The position numbers were made by a program, and so were the translations under genes. A model generated the notes under the pieces. That model was given only the letters and a program-made list of their open reading frames with translations. It was not told the DNA's origin and did not search any database. DNA of 61,340 nucleotides, filler included, from Dirinaria sp. TL-2023a (taxonomy: Eukaryota): assembly GCA_051941275.1 (NCBI GenBank). It is 4 parts of 4 records of this genome, joined end to end, with 100 filler letters (N's around TTAATTAATTAA, not from the genome) between each part and the next. Parts side by side here need not be neighbours in the genome. Positions count along the whole stretch, not along the records: positions 1 to 15,303 come from JAVEBF010000555.1; 3 more parts are not named here. One strand, 5' to 3'. Positions 1-10,275 of this stretch are shown here, piece by piece (within the stretch, counting starts at the first letter, position 1; the number at the start of each line of letters is the position of its first letter).

Positions 1-3000
1 TAATCGTCCTGGTACATACTCAGATCCGGGGCGTACTCGGGGCGCGGGATACGTGGGTCTGTCGCGATAGGTTGTTGTTGTTGCTGGCCTCCGGCTCCAG
101 TATCATTGCGGCTGCCGCCCCATAACAGCGCTACTAACCTCCCCAACGCCCTGAGCAGCACATAGGCTCCTCTTGCTATTTGATCTAGCCATCCTGCCCC
201 TTCTTCTTCTACTAAGCTTGCTCGCTTGCTTGATCTAAGCCTTTCCCGCCCACCGGCTCTGACCCCGACACTCTCTCCGGCTTCGCCCCCCAACCACCGC
301 CATAACATTTTTTCGAATACGAACGGCGGCTCAGGGGCATAGATATCGACGCCGTACCCGTCGAACGCGTATGCGTACCGCGGGTGGCAGTAGATGTTGC
401 AGGTGACCGTTTCGGCGACGTACCAGAGCGTTCCCAGCACGAGGAGCAGGCCGAGGGGTGTGAAGCGGGGGATGTAGGAGTGCGAGGAGCGGCGGCGCCA
501 GAGGGTGGGTAGGGGGAGGGAGATTGTGGTTAGGGACGGGGATGAGGAGGAGGAGGAGGATTGGAAGATGTTGAGGGTTATGAGCGAGGGAGGAGATGCG
601 GACGATGGGGAACGGCGGCCGCATTTGGAGCAGGGCCAGATGAAGTCGTGGAATTCGCCTGCTTCGGTGCATTCTGGTTCCGCGAGTTCGGAGTCTGGGG
701 GGTTGTTTCCTTTTTTGTTTTGGGGGGCAAGGGTGAGGGTACGGTTACGGTTGGTGGTGGATGAGGCGACGGCACGTTCTAGCGATGCGATGTTCTTCCG
801 AGCGTCCCGGATCGAGGGGAGTAGTGCGCTCAGGCGCGAGAGTTGCCGCGTGTAGGGTTTTAGATCGTCGGTGGCCGGTGTTTCGGTTTCGTCGTTCTCT
901 TCTGATGCAGAAGGCGATGGAGCGGAGGGGAGGGAGGAGCGGTTGTCGTTGTCCGCTAGAATTTCCTCCAGCGATTGGATAGTCGATTCACCGAGTTGGA
1001 GAGGAGATCCCTCTTCTGCTCCTTCTTCTTCGGAATCAGAGCTGTGTGCTATCAGCGGGTTTTGCCCCGGCTGATAACCCGATGCGAGGGATGCTTTTGC
1101 TGCGGTTATCACCGATTCCAGCGCCGATTTCGGTAGTGGCCGGCTTGTTGTTGATCGCTCGGGCTTGGTGTCGTATTTTGGGCTTAGCTTTTTGACCAGA
1201 TCAGATGTTGCCAGTTTCCGCTTTTCGTTCCCTTCCAGGATGAAGTCTTTGTCGTCTTCGACGTTGGGGGTTGGCATTGGAGGACCACGGCCGCCGGCTG
1301 GTAGCGGAGTATCGACCCAAGCACCGGTAACCATGGGGGTTTTCAAGGTCACATTGGGCACCGGTGGACGAGGGCTTTCCTCGGAGATCGTATGGTCGAT
1401 CCAACCTCCTGTTATGTGGGGCGTTTTGAGTCTGGCTTTCGGTTTGGTAGGTAGCGGCGTTTCTTCTACTTGGGGTGCTGTCTGAGACATTCTCTTGTCA
1501 GTTTGCAAGTCATCATTGCTAATGTCAGGACGATTCTGTTCCCTGCTTGAGGACCGCTCTTTTTTCGCGCCGGACAACCCAACACTTCCAGGCCTTTGTT
1601 GTGCTCTGGCGTCAATGGAAGTTGAGTGTCCTTCCGATGTAGAGACTGGACTCGCACTTGTGGCCCTGGCCAGCTTTTGAAGTATGTCCCGTGAATCATG
1701 ACGCTCAGGGCTTGGCCTCTCGGCTGGGTCTCTATGCCTGTCAGTGCTCGAGCTAGTCTTCTTCAAGTCAGGCATGCTTCGATAGACAACCACTGGCGTA
1801 TCTGGAATAGGCTTGCCATCGTCTTCCAAAGTACCCTCGATTCTGTTGTCCAACAGTCGTTCTTCCCGTTTTGAACTCCGTGATGATCTACTAATAGACC
1901 TTCTTCGGTCTTGCATTGATGTACGGCCTCCATTCTGCGGCGTCATTTGGCCCAACCTTTCTCGCGAAGTTCTCTCGCGAATCTCGCCCAGGCGACTTGT
2001 TGCCACAGCACTCTTCTCCAGCCTATCGATCTCGCGATTTCGAGTCTCATCAGAGCTGACATTCCGAATCCTCAACGGCGGACTGTCTGATACTTGTAGC
2101 GATCGGCCAGTAAAGTCAGCGTCCACGTCCCACCCCGACGCCCTATCTCGTAGTGCATTCGGAGGAATAGAAGTATTGGACATGGAGGAGGACCGTATCT
2201 GAGATGAGCCATTCTCCTCAGATGGAAGGGGAACGTCAGCCGCGGCTTGTATCCACTCGTCAATCGGCTCATCCCACTCACGCCTCTCGGACTCGGCAAT
2301 AATCGGGCTGTCAGCTTTCTGCTTCGTGGGAACATCTCCTGTGAGCTTGCCACTCTTGCTATTAATCCTACTCAGCCAGTCCTTGGGAGGCTTTGCTTTC
2401 CGACCCCAAGCTTTTGGGAGGTTCAAAGAGGGGTCCGTGCCCCTACTGCTAATGCTCCCTCCGAAAGCACTTCCTAATGATTCGGAGCTATCGTTACGCC
2501 TTCTCAAGTTTTCTACCGTCAACCCCACCCTCTCGCCCACACGCGCTTTGCTGAATATCTTGACGTTGCTACGTAATGCACCGTTCAGCCGCTGAGAATC
2601 TCTTTCATACTGTGACATGCGTGAATCACCCGAGCGCTCTGTCTCGTCCAAGCTTGATCTTTGGGACCCATTCTCAGAATGTTGGAGACTGTTCTCCTTG
2701 TTGTCTGAGTACTGTCTGACTGGGGTAGGCTCTCTTGACGCTTTCCGTGACGCCTTTAGAGAGGTAGGTGATGCTGTATCCGAAATCGCATCTGGTCCTG
2801 AAAGCTCTGCGTCTCCTGGTCCCTCGTTGTAGTCGTACCCATACGCATCCATGCCGTCTATGGACTCTTCTTGGGCCAGGCTCTCTTCATCCACGATCCG
2901 CTGGTAGGCCTCAGCTAGACCTCGAGGAGGGGAGGATTGGGAGTGGTAAGAAGATGCCGGCGAGACGAGAGACTGATCACGTCCCCTGGCTGGACTCGGT

Positions 3001-3419
3001 GTCCTCACGCGCACATCATCGCCAACTGGAACGGCCGGACTTGACCGTGGTCGCGCATTGCTTTGGCTTGGGAGTGGTTTTCGGTCGTGCTGTGCAGGGC
3101 GCTGATCCGGAGAAGAAAAGGAGGAAATCGGTCTCTGGTTCTCGTCGCTGACGCTCGGCGCAGCTTTGAACGCGGCAGCAAGAGAACGTCCAGCAGTCGA
3201 AAATTGTCGGGATTTGCCACGGCCATGCTGGCGCTTCGGCGGACTCCTCGCTGGGCTGGGGCTGGGTACATAGGAGGTGTTGAGGCTCTCGGTGAAGAAT
3301 TCGGGCGGCTGCTGCGACGGCGCGATTCGACGTGATGCAAACAACGGTTGATCGCGTTTCAAGTTGGTGATGGACTCCTTCCTCTTTCTGGTGGGAACTT
3401 CTGGACTTGAGGGAGGCAT
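1..3419 (-). CDS. Conserved hypothetical fungal protein (~1139 aa, Ser/Pro/Arg-rich, C-terminal TM and Cys motifs); 3' end truncated at contig edge
   Basis: ATG at 3419. Hand translation of both ends is open in the same frame (SPPRGLAEAYQRIVDEE near the N-terminus; CTEAGEFHDFIWPCSKCG, TM LGLLLVLGTLWYVAE, CNIYCHPRYAY, GYGVDIYAPEPPF near the C-terminus). Seven Ser-rich + strand shadow ORFs (505, 871, 1165, 1495, 1813, 2326, 2617) all lie in the matching antisense register. Absent from the ORF track because there is no stop before position 1. The middle was not fully translated. Confidence 0.8.
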   Translation of the reverse strand, partial: MPPSSPEVPTRKRKESITNLKRDQPLFASRRIAPSQQPPEFFTESLNTSYVPSPSPARSPPKRQHGRGKSRQFSTAGRSLAAAFKAAPSVSDENQRPISSFSSPDQRPAQHDRKPLPSQSNARPRSSPAVPVGDDVRVRTPSPARGRDQSLVSPASSYHSQSSPPRGLAEAYQRIVDEESLAQEESIDGMDAYGYDYNEGPGDAELSGPDAISDTASPTSLKASRKASREPTPVRQYSDNKENSLQHSENGSQRSSLDETERSGDSRMSQYERDSQRLNGALRSNVKIFSKARVGERVGLTVENLRRRNDSSESLGSAFGGSISSRGTDPSLNLPKAWGRKAKPPKDWLSRINSKSGKLTGDVPTKQKADSPIIAESERREWDEPIDEWIQAAADVPLPSEENGSSQIRSSSMSNTSIPPNALRDRASGWDVDADFTGRSLQVSDSPPLRIRNVSSDETRNREIDRLEKSAVATSRLGEIRERTSRERLGQMTPQNGGRTSMQDRRRSISRSSRSSKREERLLDNRIEGTLEDDGKPIPDTPVVVYRSMPDLKKTSSSTDRHRDPAERPSPERHDSRDILQKLARATSASPVSTSEGHSTSIDARAQQRPGSVGLSGAKKERSSSREQNRPDISNDDLQTDKRMSQTAPQVEETPLPTKPKARLKTPHITGGWIDHTISEESPRPPVPNVTLKTPMVTGAWVDTPLPAGGRGPPMPTPNVEDDKDFILEGNEKRKLATSDLVKKLSPKYDTKPERSTTSRPLPKSALESVITAAKASLASGYQPGQNPLIAHSSDSEEEGAEEGSPLQLGESTIQSLEEILADNDNRSSLPSAPSPSASEENDETETPATDDLKPYTRQLSRLSALLPSIRDARKNIASLERAVASSTTNRNRTLTLAPQNKKGNNPPDSELAEPECTEAGEFHDFIWPCSKCGRRSPSSASPPSLITLNIFQSSSSSSSPSLTTISLPLPTLWRRRSSHSYIPRFTPLGLLLVLGTLWYVAETVTCNIYCHPRYAYAFDGYGVDIYAPEPPFVFEKMLWRWLGGEAGESVGVRAGGRERLRSSKRASLVEEEGAGWLDQIARGAYVLLRALGRLVALLWGGSRNDTGAGGQQQQQPIATDPRIPRPEYAPDLSMYQDD

Positions 3420-4517
3420 AACAACGGATTGGCGACTCGAGTTCCGCTAAGAATAGGTAGCATAGTTGTCATGCACCAATAGCGCAATAATGAGAAAGAT
3501 GGTCCGCATTCTCAAGTCTACACTGCGAAGATGTTTAGCCGGAGATGTTTCGCTTATCGTGCACCGGTGTATTAGTCAGCAGAACCAAGCCAGATGCACC
3601 AATCAAATTACATCATCATCACTTCATCATCACTCTGTCGCACTTCTACTTTACACAGTACTGCGATAGTCAAGTACTACTATGTACATCTCTACTCCCA
3701 GCAGTCTATCAACGCGACGACTCTGAGGCACAGCGAACGTCTGATCGACATCACAGCTTATTATCGCCTGGGCCGGCATTGTTCGAATTCAACCCCAAGC
3801 TCACAGGGAGCCAATGGTATTCGGTCTTCCAGCTCAGCGGGGCTCGCCAGGCTCCCGATGACGATGCTTGATCGCATCCTCTGGACCACTTGGACCGTTG
3901 AGCTATCTAGCAATGCCACTACAATGCCTAATATAGTCCATCAATCTCAACTTCTCCCACGGTTCCTGACTCCGCAACACGGTAGTACTATCGGCAACTG
4001 GACGGACGACATGCCGAGGCTTCGCCGTTATTTGCAGCCGTCCGAAGCGCGAACCAGATGATCCAGATCTCCTCACTCCTCATGCAAGCGATGCAGTCGA
4101 TCTGCGTACTCGCATTACTCTCCTTTCTCCTTACCTTATACATACTTCTACCCCGGACTCTTCCCTCATGACTGGATCTGACGTTACATCCATCGTTGCC
4201 ATGCTTCTTTCGGACTAGGTTGCACTCTCTGCCCGTTCAAGCGTATCGAAGGCTACCAGCCTTTTAGATGCATCCCCGGCTAAAAATGAGGGGAAGGCAA
4301 TATGTTCGTTTGGGGTAAGGTACACCGCTGATGTCTCCCCAAACTATCTCCTCCATCTACTGTCTCGTATAAGTGGAACATCCTAGCCCCATTGCTCAGT
4401 CATTTCTTCTCGCTTTCCACAGCATTATCCCGTTCTATGCTGCCTACTTCTAGGGATTTGGTTTTTTCCCATTTCTTCTCCCAGCTCGTGCCTCGTCCTT
4501 ACTGCAATCCATCCAGC

Positions 4518-6130
4518 ATGCATTTCCCAAAGGTCTACAATACCTACTTCCTGGCCGTCATAGCTACGGTTGGCGGCGCGTTGTTTGGTATGTTGGTTGA
4601 CGTTCACGATGATTGTATGCGCTATGACTCATGCATTTTGGAGGTTTCGATATTAGCTCCATGAGCGCCATCATTGGGACCACCCAGTACACTGATTTCT
4701 TCAATGACCCCCACGGTATTGTGCAAGGCGCCATTGGATCTGCGCTCGCCGCTGGCTCCGTCGTCGGTGGGTTGTTTGCAGGCCCACTTTCCGATAGGGT
4801 CGGAAGACGGGATGCCATCTTCATCGCCTGTCTCTTCTGGCTCGTCGGCACAGCGGTACAAGTCGGCGTGAATGGCTTTGGCATGCTGATTGCGGGCCGG
4901 ATCATCAATGGCATATGCGTCGGTATCACCTCTTCGCAAGTCCCAGTGTACCTGGCCGAGATTGCCAAGAAGGAAAAGCGTGGCTCTATCATTGTCATTC
5001 AACAGTTAGCCATCGAGTGGGGTATCCTCATCATGTACTTCGTAGGGTATGGCTGCTCTTTTATCGCAGGTCCGGCGTCCTTCCGAACCGCATGGGGCAT
5101 ACAATTTATCCCTGCTGCTGTTCTCATGCTCGGCACTCCGTTCCTCCCTCGCTCTCCGCGCTGGCTTGCAAAAGTCGGACGAACCAAAGAAGCCATTGAA
5201 GTTCTTGCCAAGATTCAAGCTCATGGTAATATGGATGACCCGCTGGTAGTCGCTGAGTGGGCAGAGATCACCACGGTTCTGCAAGCGGAACGGGAGGCTG
5301 CGAAAGGCTGGCGCAAATTCATCAAGAACGGCATGTGGCGCCGCACGCTGGCCGGCATGTCGGTGCAGGCATGGCAACAGCTGTCCGGTGCAAATGTAAT
5401 GACGTATTACGTCGTCTATGTCTTCCAGATGGCCAATCTGCATGGGAATATCAACCTCATTTCGTCCGGTGTCCAGTACGCACTCTTCATTGTTTTTACC
5501 GCCTGTACGTTCTTCTTCATCGACAACACCGGCCGCCGCCCCTTGCTCATTTACGGCGCCATCGGAATGGGTATCTGCATGTTCGTTGTTGGCGGCTGTT
5601 TGGGCAACTACGGCACTTACGTTCCCGAGGGGGTGCAGGGCAATCTCAACGTTGTCGTAAGCGTCAGTGGGGCGCCAGCGCACACCGTCATTGCCTTCTC
5701 CTATCTGCTCATAATCGTCTATGCTCTTACCCTTGCCCCTGTAGCATGGGTCTACGCCGCCGAGTGCTGGTCGCTCGAAACGCGTGCCACGGGGATGGCC
5801 CTCGCATCCATCGCCAATTGGCTCTTCAACTTCGCAATCGGCCTCTTCATCCCTCCTGCCTTCCACAACATCTCCTGGAAAACCTTCATCATCTTCGGCG
5901 TCCTCTGCTTTGGAGCCGCCATCCAGGCTTTCTTCACCTACCCGGAAACGGCACGGAAGTCGATTGAAGAAATCGAAGAGCTCTTCAGCAAAGGCGGTCC
6001 TTTGCCCTGGCACACCAAGCCCGGCCAAAGCCACCTGGACGCAAAGATCGCGGAGGTGGCGGACATGCAGAAAGAAGGCAAAGGGCACATCGAGTCAGTT
6101 GCGCACGTGGAGCTCAGTGAGAAAGTTTGA
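4518..6130 (+). CDS. MFS sugar porter (high-affinity glucose/hexose transporter-like); exons 4518-4587, 4644-6130
   Basis: Spliced N-terminus MHFPKVYNTYFLAVIATVGGALFGFDISSMS. Sugar-porter motifs DRVGRR, VPVYLAEIA, PRSPRWL, QQLSGANVMTYY, GRRPLL, PETARKSIEEI. About 12 hydrophobic segments. Confidence 0.95.
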
Positions 6131-6535
6131 AATGTGCAGCGAGAGCGCCTCGCCCTCACGTACGTTGGGTAGAATACTGCAAATCCGATCAAAAAGTTCT
6201 GCGGTTACGGCTGCAACGTTTTAGCATTGGATGAGATGTATATATGTATGTTCTTGTATATACAACCTTTACAAACTTCGTTTCGTAAGGCCAATTGCCT
6301 GGTTATGAAAAGGAAGTGAAGGTCTAGGGTCACTTACTTCCACTGTTTTCCGTTCTTGCTTCTGCACAACTACTACGAATGACAGTGGAACGCTTCCTAT
6401 TGCCGCAATTCTGTGTCTTACTAGCCTCTGAGAAGTGATGTTGTAGGATTTTCGAGGGAGCCGGGAAACAAGAGAACTTCCTAACACCATGCGCGCAATG
6501 AACAGCTTATCTTACATCAACTTGATCGATGCTAT

Positions 6536-7597
6536 TCACAACCCCGGCGGATCCAACCCGCTCAAAAACCGATCCGCCAACCTCTCCTCCCTCCTCTTCG
6601 CAATCTCCCTCTTCCTCTCCTCCACCATCCTCTTCTTCGCCTCCTTCCTCCCTTCCCTCTCCCGGGTCAACCTCTCCGTCTCCCGCCGCTCCCTCCCCAG
6701 ATCCTCCATCTCCTTCGCCCTGTTCTCAGCATCCTGACTAAAAGCATAGAACCCAACACCTTTACTCCGGATCTCCTTCGAGGCGTCGTAGTGCACCGCT
6801 TCCGGCGGCGTGGGACTGCGATCGCGTTTCGCAGCCAGGGATTCCATCCGCCGCGTCAGGTTCGCGTCGGGATTGAACGCCGCGGCCTGGATCGTGTCCC
6901 CGACGATGACGTTCTCGGGTCTCGAAGGCCGAGCGCTGAAACTCGCCAGCTGCGCCTCGGCGTAGGCTTGTGCGTTGCGCCGCCGCTGTTCGCGCGAGGC
7001 GGAGGCTTGGGTGCCTTTTCGCAGCCGCCCGAATTCGTCTTCGTATTCTACTAGAGTCTCTTCTTCCTCCGCTGCCTCGGTGCTATCTCCTCCATCATCG
7101 TCAGAAGCAGAGGACGTATTGCTTTTATGGCCATCCTGGTTGTCCTCCTTCTCCGCCCATTTCCGATCGAAATCCACCAGCCCCAGCTCCTCCTTGTTCT
7201 CCCGCCCCGCGCGCGGCACGTAGTCCCCCCTCTTCATCGCCGCGTACAGCCGCGCTTTCTCCTCCATCTTCCGCTTGCTCCGGTGCCATGACGAGGGATC
7301 GATCCCTTCGATGCTCGCTGCGTGTTTCTGGTCTAAGGAACGGTTGTCGCCGGAGCTGCTTGAGAGATCGGCCAGGGCCCGCTTTTTGGATCCTTTGTTG
7401 TGAGTCGTGAAGATGTCGGTTTTGGTTTTGGAGGGGCGAGCCCGCGCGCTGGTGGTGGTGGAGGAGGGGGGTTGCGAGAGGAGAGAGCTGAGCGTGCTGG
7501 AGAAGAGGGTGCTGCTGCTGGATGATGGGGTGCTGGATGTTGAGGTGGGTAGCTTGGGTTTGTTGCGGGTCCCGTATAGGGAGGAGGAGGATGACAT
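6536..7597 (-). CDS. CCDC174/DUF4078-family coiled-coil protein
   Basis: Motifs KRKMEEKARLYAAMKRG, LVDFDRKW, VEYEDEFGR and HYDASKEIRSKGVGFYAFSQD. The likely start is the internal ATG at 7597 of ORF 6536..7717. Confidence 0.8.
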   Translation of the reverse strand: MSSSSSLYGTRNKPKLPTSTSSTPSSSSSTLFSSTLSSLLSQPPSSTTTSARARPSKTKTDIFTTHNKGSKKRALADLSSSSGDNRSLDQKHAASIEGIDPSSWHRSKRKMEEKARLYAAMKRGDYVPRAGRENKEELGLVDFDRKWAEKEDNQDGHKSNTSSASDDDGGDSTEAAEEEETLVEYEDEFGRLRKGTQASASREQRRRNAQAYAEAQLASFSARPSRPENVIVGDTIQAAAFNPDANLTRRMESLAAKRDRSPTPPEAVHYDASKEIRSKGVGFYAFSQDAENRAKEMEDLGRERRETERLTREREGRKEAKKRMVEERKREIAKRREERLADRFLSGLDPPGL

Positions 7598-7738
7598 TGT
7601 TATGATAGTGATTACTCGGTCTGGGACACGGTTGTAGAGGATTAGGGTTGCGTATGTCTTTACTTCTACAACTGTTACGAATACCTTAGGGCAAGTATGA
7701 GGTCCGTATTGAGGCATGTATAGGTCTAAGCCCCGAAA

Positions 7739-7745
7739 TCACGTG
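7739..7745 (+). promoter_or_regulatory. TCACGTG E-box (Cbf1-type bHLH site) in the short divergent promoter between the DUF4078 gene and HOM6
   Basis: TCACGTG lies in the 263-bp gap between the divergent ATGs at 7597 and 7861. Function is inferred only. Confidence 0.3.
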
Positions 7746-7860
7746 TTCCGTACGATGTCGCTAAGGTCGTCAAATTTGCGGCACTTTATTCCGACTACAT
7801 GTCTTCAGGAGTCTTGGATTTGGTGATCATTCAGAAAGTAAATCTGCCTCCGCTCACAAA

Positions 7861-9210
7861 ATGCCGAAGCAGGTATTCATTGCAGTAATAGGTATGAGTC
7901 TTCAATCTCTGACACGTCCGGTCTAGATTTTCGTCCTTATGTAGCGGTAAGACATGATTTGATTCGATGCTTTTTCATTCTCTTTGCGATTGCACGTCAT
8001 CATTTCAGAAGTGCAATTGATTAAGATCAATATCTTGCTTTTTCGAATTTTGTATTGTATTCCATGCCCCTTCACGTCTGACCTTCAGCAGGCGTGGGTG
8101 GAGTAGGCCGTTACTTCTTAAGCCAGCTGCACGATCTCCATCAACGTTATCCACATGCCACCCTAAGTCTCATATCAAGAAGTACAAAAAGCTTCTTCAC
8201 CTCCGATTTCAGCCATGGCTTGTCAACTACGGATTGGGAGGCGGACCTCGCGGCCTCCAAGCAGCCGGTCCTTAGCATGCAGGAGATTCTCGAGTACCTT
8301 GCCAACGCCCCTGGAAAGAGTGTAGTCATCGACAACACCAGCAATCAAGACGTCGCGGACTCTTATCCACTGTTACTAAGAAGAGGCGTTAGCATTGTGA
8401 CACCCAACAAAAAAGCGTTCAGCGGGAGCGACAGCCTATGGGATGATATCTTTCACGCAGCATACTCGCCGACGAATCCGCGCGGTGGCTTAGTCTACCA
8501 TGAGTCTTCCGTCGGCGCTGGACTACCTGTAATCTCCACACTCAAAGATCTCGTCGAGACCGGAGACGAGGTCACAAAGATAGAAGGTATCTTCTCGGGC
8601 ACCATGAGCTTCCTCTTCAACAGCTTCGCTCCCGTAGCGGGTAGAGGCGGTAGATGGAGTGCAGAGGTCCAGAAAGCGAAGGATGCCGGATACACCGAGC
8701 CTGATGCACGAGACGACCTCAATGGTCTCGATGTAGCAAGAAAGCTTGTGATCCTGGCAAGACTGGTAGGCCTCAAGATTCAGAGTACGAGCAGCTTCCC
8801 AGTGCAGAGCCTTATTCCAAAAGCTCTAGAGACTTTAGAATCGGCCGATGAGTTTATGCAGCGACTGCCAGATTTTGATTCCGAGATGGAGGCAGTAAAG
8901 GAAGAGGCGGAGAAAGATGCCAAAGTTGTTCGGTTCGTCGGTAGCATCGATGTTCAAAGGCAAGTTGTCAAGGTCGGTCTGGAGAAGTTTGAGAAGACCC
9001 ACCCAATTGCTGCATTGAAAGGGAGCGACAATATAATCAGCTTCTCTACTAAGCGGTACGGCAGCAATCCCTTAATCGTTCAAGGAGCCGGGTAAGCTCA
9101 TTCTGCCTTATCGGTGTGACCACCGGCTAATGTTGAACAGTGCTGGTGGCGAGGTCACAGCTATGGGAGTCACAGCAGACTTGATCAAAGTGTTGCAGCG
9201 CATCTCATAA
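7861..9210 (+). CDS. HOM6: Homoserine dehydrogenase; exons 7861-7891, 8092-9091, 9141-9210
   Basis: Spliced Rossmann motif IAVIGVGGVG; VIDNTSNQ, VTPNKKAFS, ESSVGAGLPVISTL, GIFSGTMSF, GYTEPDARDDLNGLDVARKL; C-terminal QGAGAGGEVTAMGV restored by the GT-AG intron 9092-9140. Confidence 0.96.
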
Positions 9211-10275
9211 GAACGATGGTTTCTTGCTACCTCGGAAATTGCATAGCCTCACGTGCTCGTGATCGGACAATCTGTCGTTCGCTAATTTCCGTTCTGGCCC
9301 GGGGCAACTCTTCCCTTTGCTAAGAGTCAGAGCCGGGTGAAGTCACGGCATGCGTTGAGTGAAATGACCCTCTCATTAGCTCGTACTTCGATGATGTTGC
9401 CCCTCTCTCCCCCGTGGTGTTGTAGTGATAAGCCGAACCCGGCTCTCGGATCTGCTATCTCTCATCACTTATCACAGCTACTCAAGAACAAAGCGTTGTT
9501 GTGTCAGTACCCAATTCTGAAAGAGCCAATGAGGTGATGTGAATTCAATCGAACAAAGAGCACCTCCTTAGCGAACAGTCAGAATGCTTTGTTTCTGTCC
9601 TTGCCTTCGCTTAACATAATAAAGACCCAATGCCCCTGTCTGACAATAGGTCCGCTAGCCGCTGATCAGAAGTCGGGATCAATATCACGAGCCAGAAAGT
9701 GGTTCCACAGACGCGCTACGCCCTATTGTAAGCTGATAGACATCAGCTCGGACTGACTTCACTTCCATTGGCTCCCTTTCCAGCCCATAATACTGATACC
9801 AAGGCGGCCGCGTGATTGGATGACAAACAACATTGTACCTACCTATTGAGCCCAGGAAGTGCTATGCCCTCATAACTCGCTTACCAGGGATGATCGTAGG
9901 GACCTTGACACTCTGTTGTTCAGGAAATTGCAACACGAGCGTGTTTGCCCCCGAGAACAATATCAGGAAAAGTGGAGCCGGTTCAACAGCTCTCCTAGGG
10001 TGATAAACACCACCAACAACACGCGCCTCAGGAGGGGGAGTATTTAAACCCCCCTCACTCCTTCTCCCACAATCCCTTTCTTCCTTCTTCACCTTCTCGC
10101 ACTCACTCACTCACTCACCTGCGAACTCGCTTTTCCAGATTAACTATCTGCATCAGCGAATTCGTAACCTTCTTCTTCAAAGAACCAACCTCACTTTACT
10201 TCATCATCATCCGCTCTTGTCTTCGGACATCTACACCTCTTTACTTTACTTGTTGATCCTGGATCGATAAGTAAG

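Noticed and set aside
331..3340. Many short ORFs listed on both strands
   Set aside because: All explained as shadows of the single long minus-strand frame 1-3419.
5006..6088. 360-aa antisense ORF (also 5257-5967, 12113-13132, 47463-48203)
   Set aside because: Shadow or alternate frames of GC-rich real genes, with no recognisable domains.
7892..7952. Stwintron or 2-nt microexon in HOM6 intron 1
   Set aside because: Removing the inner intron does not rebuild a valid donor, and including CG shifts the frame.
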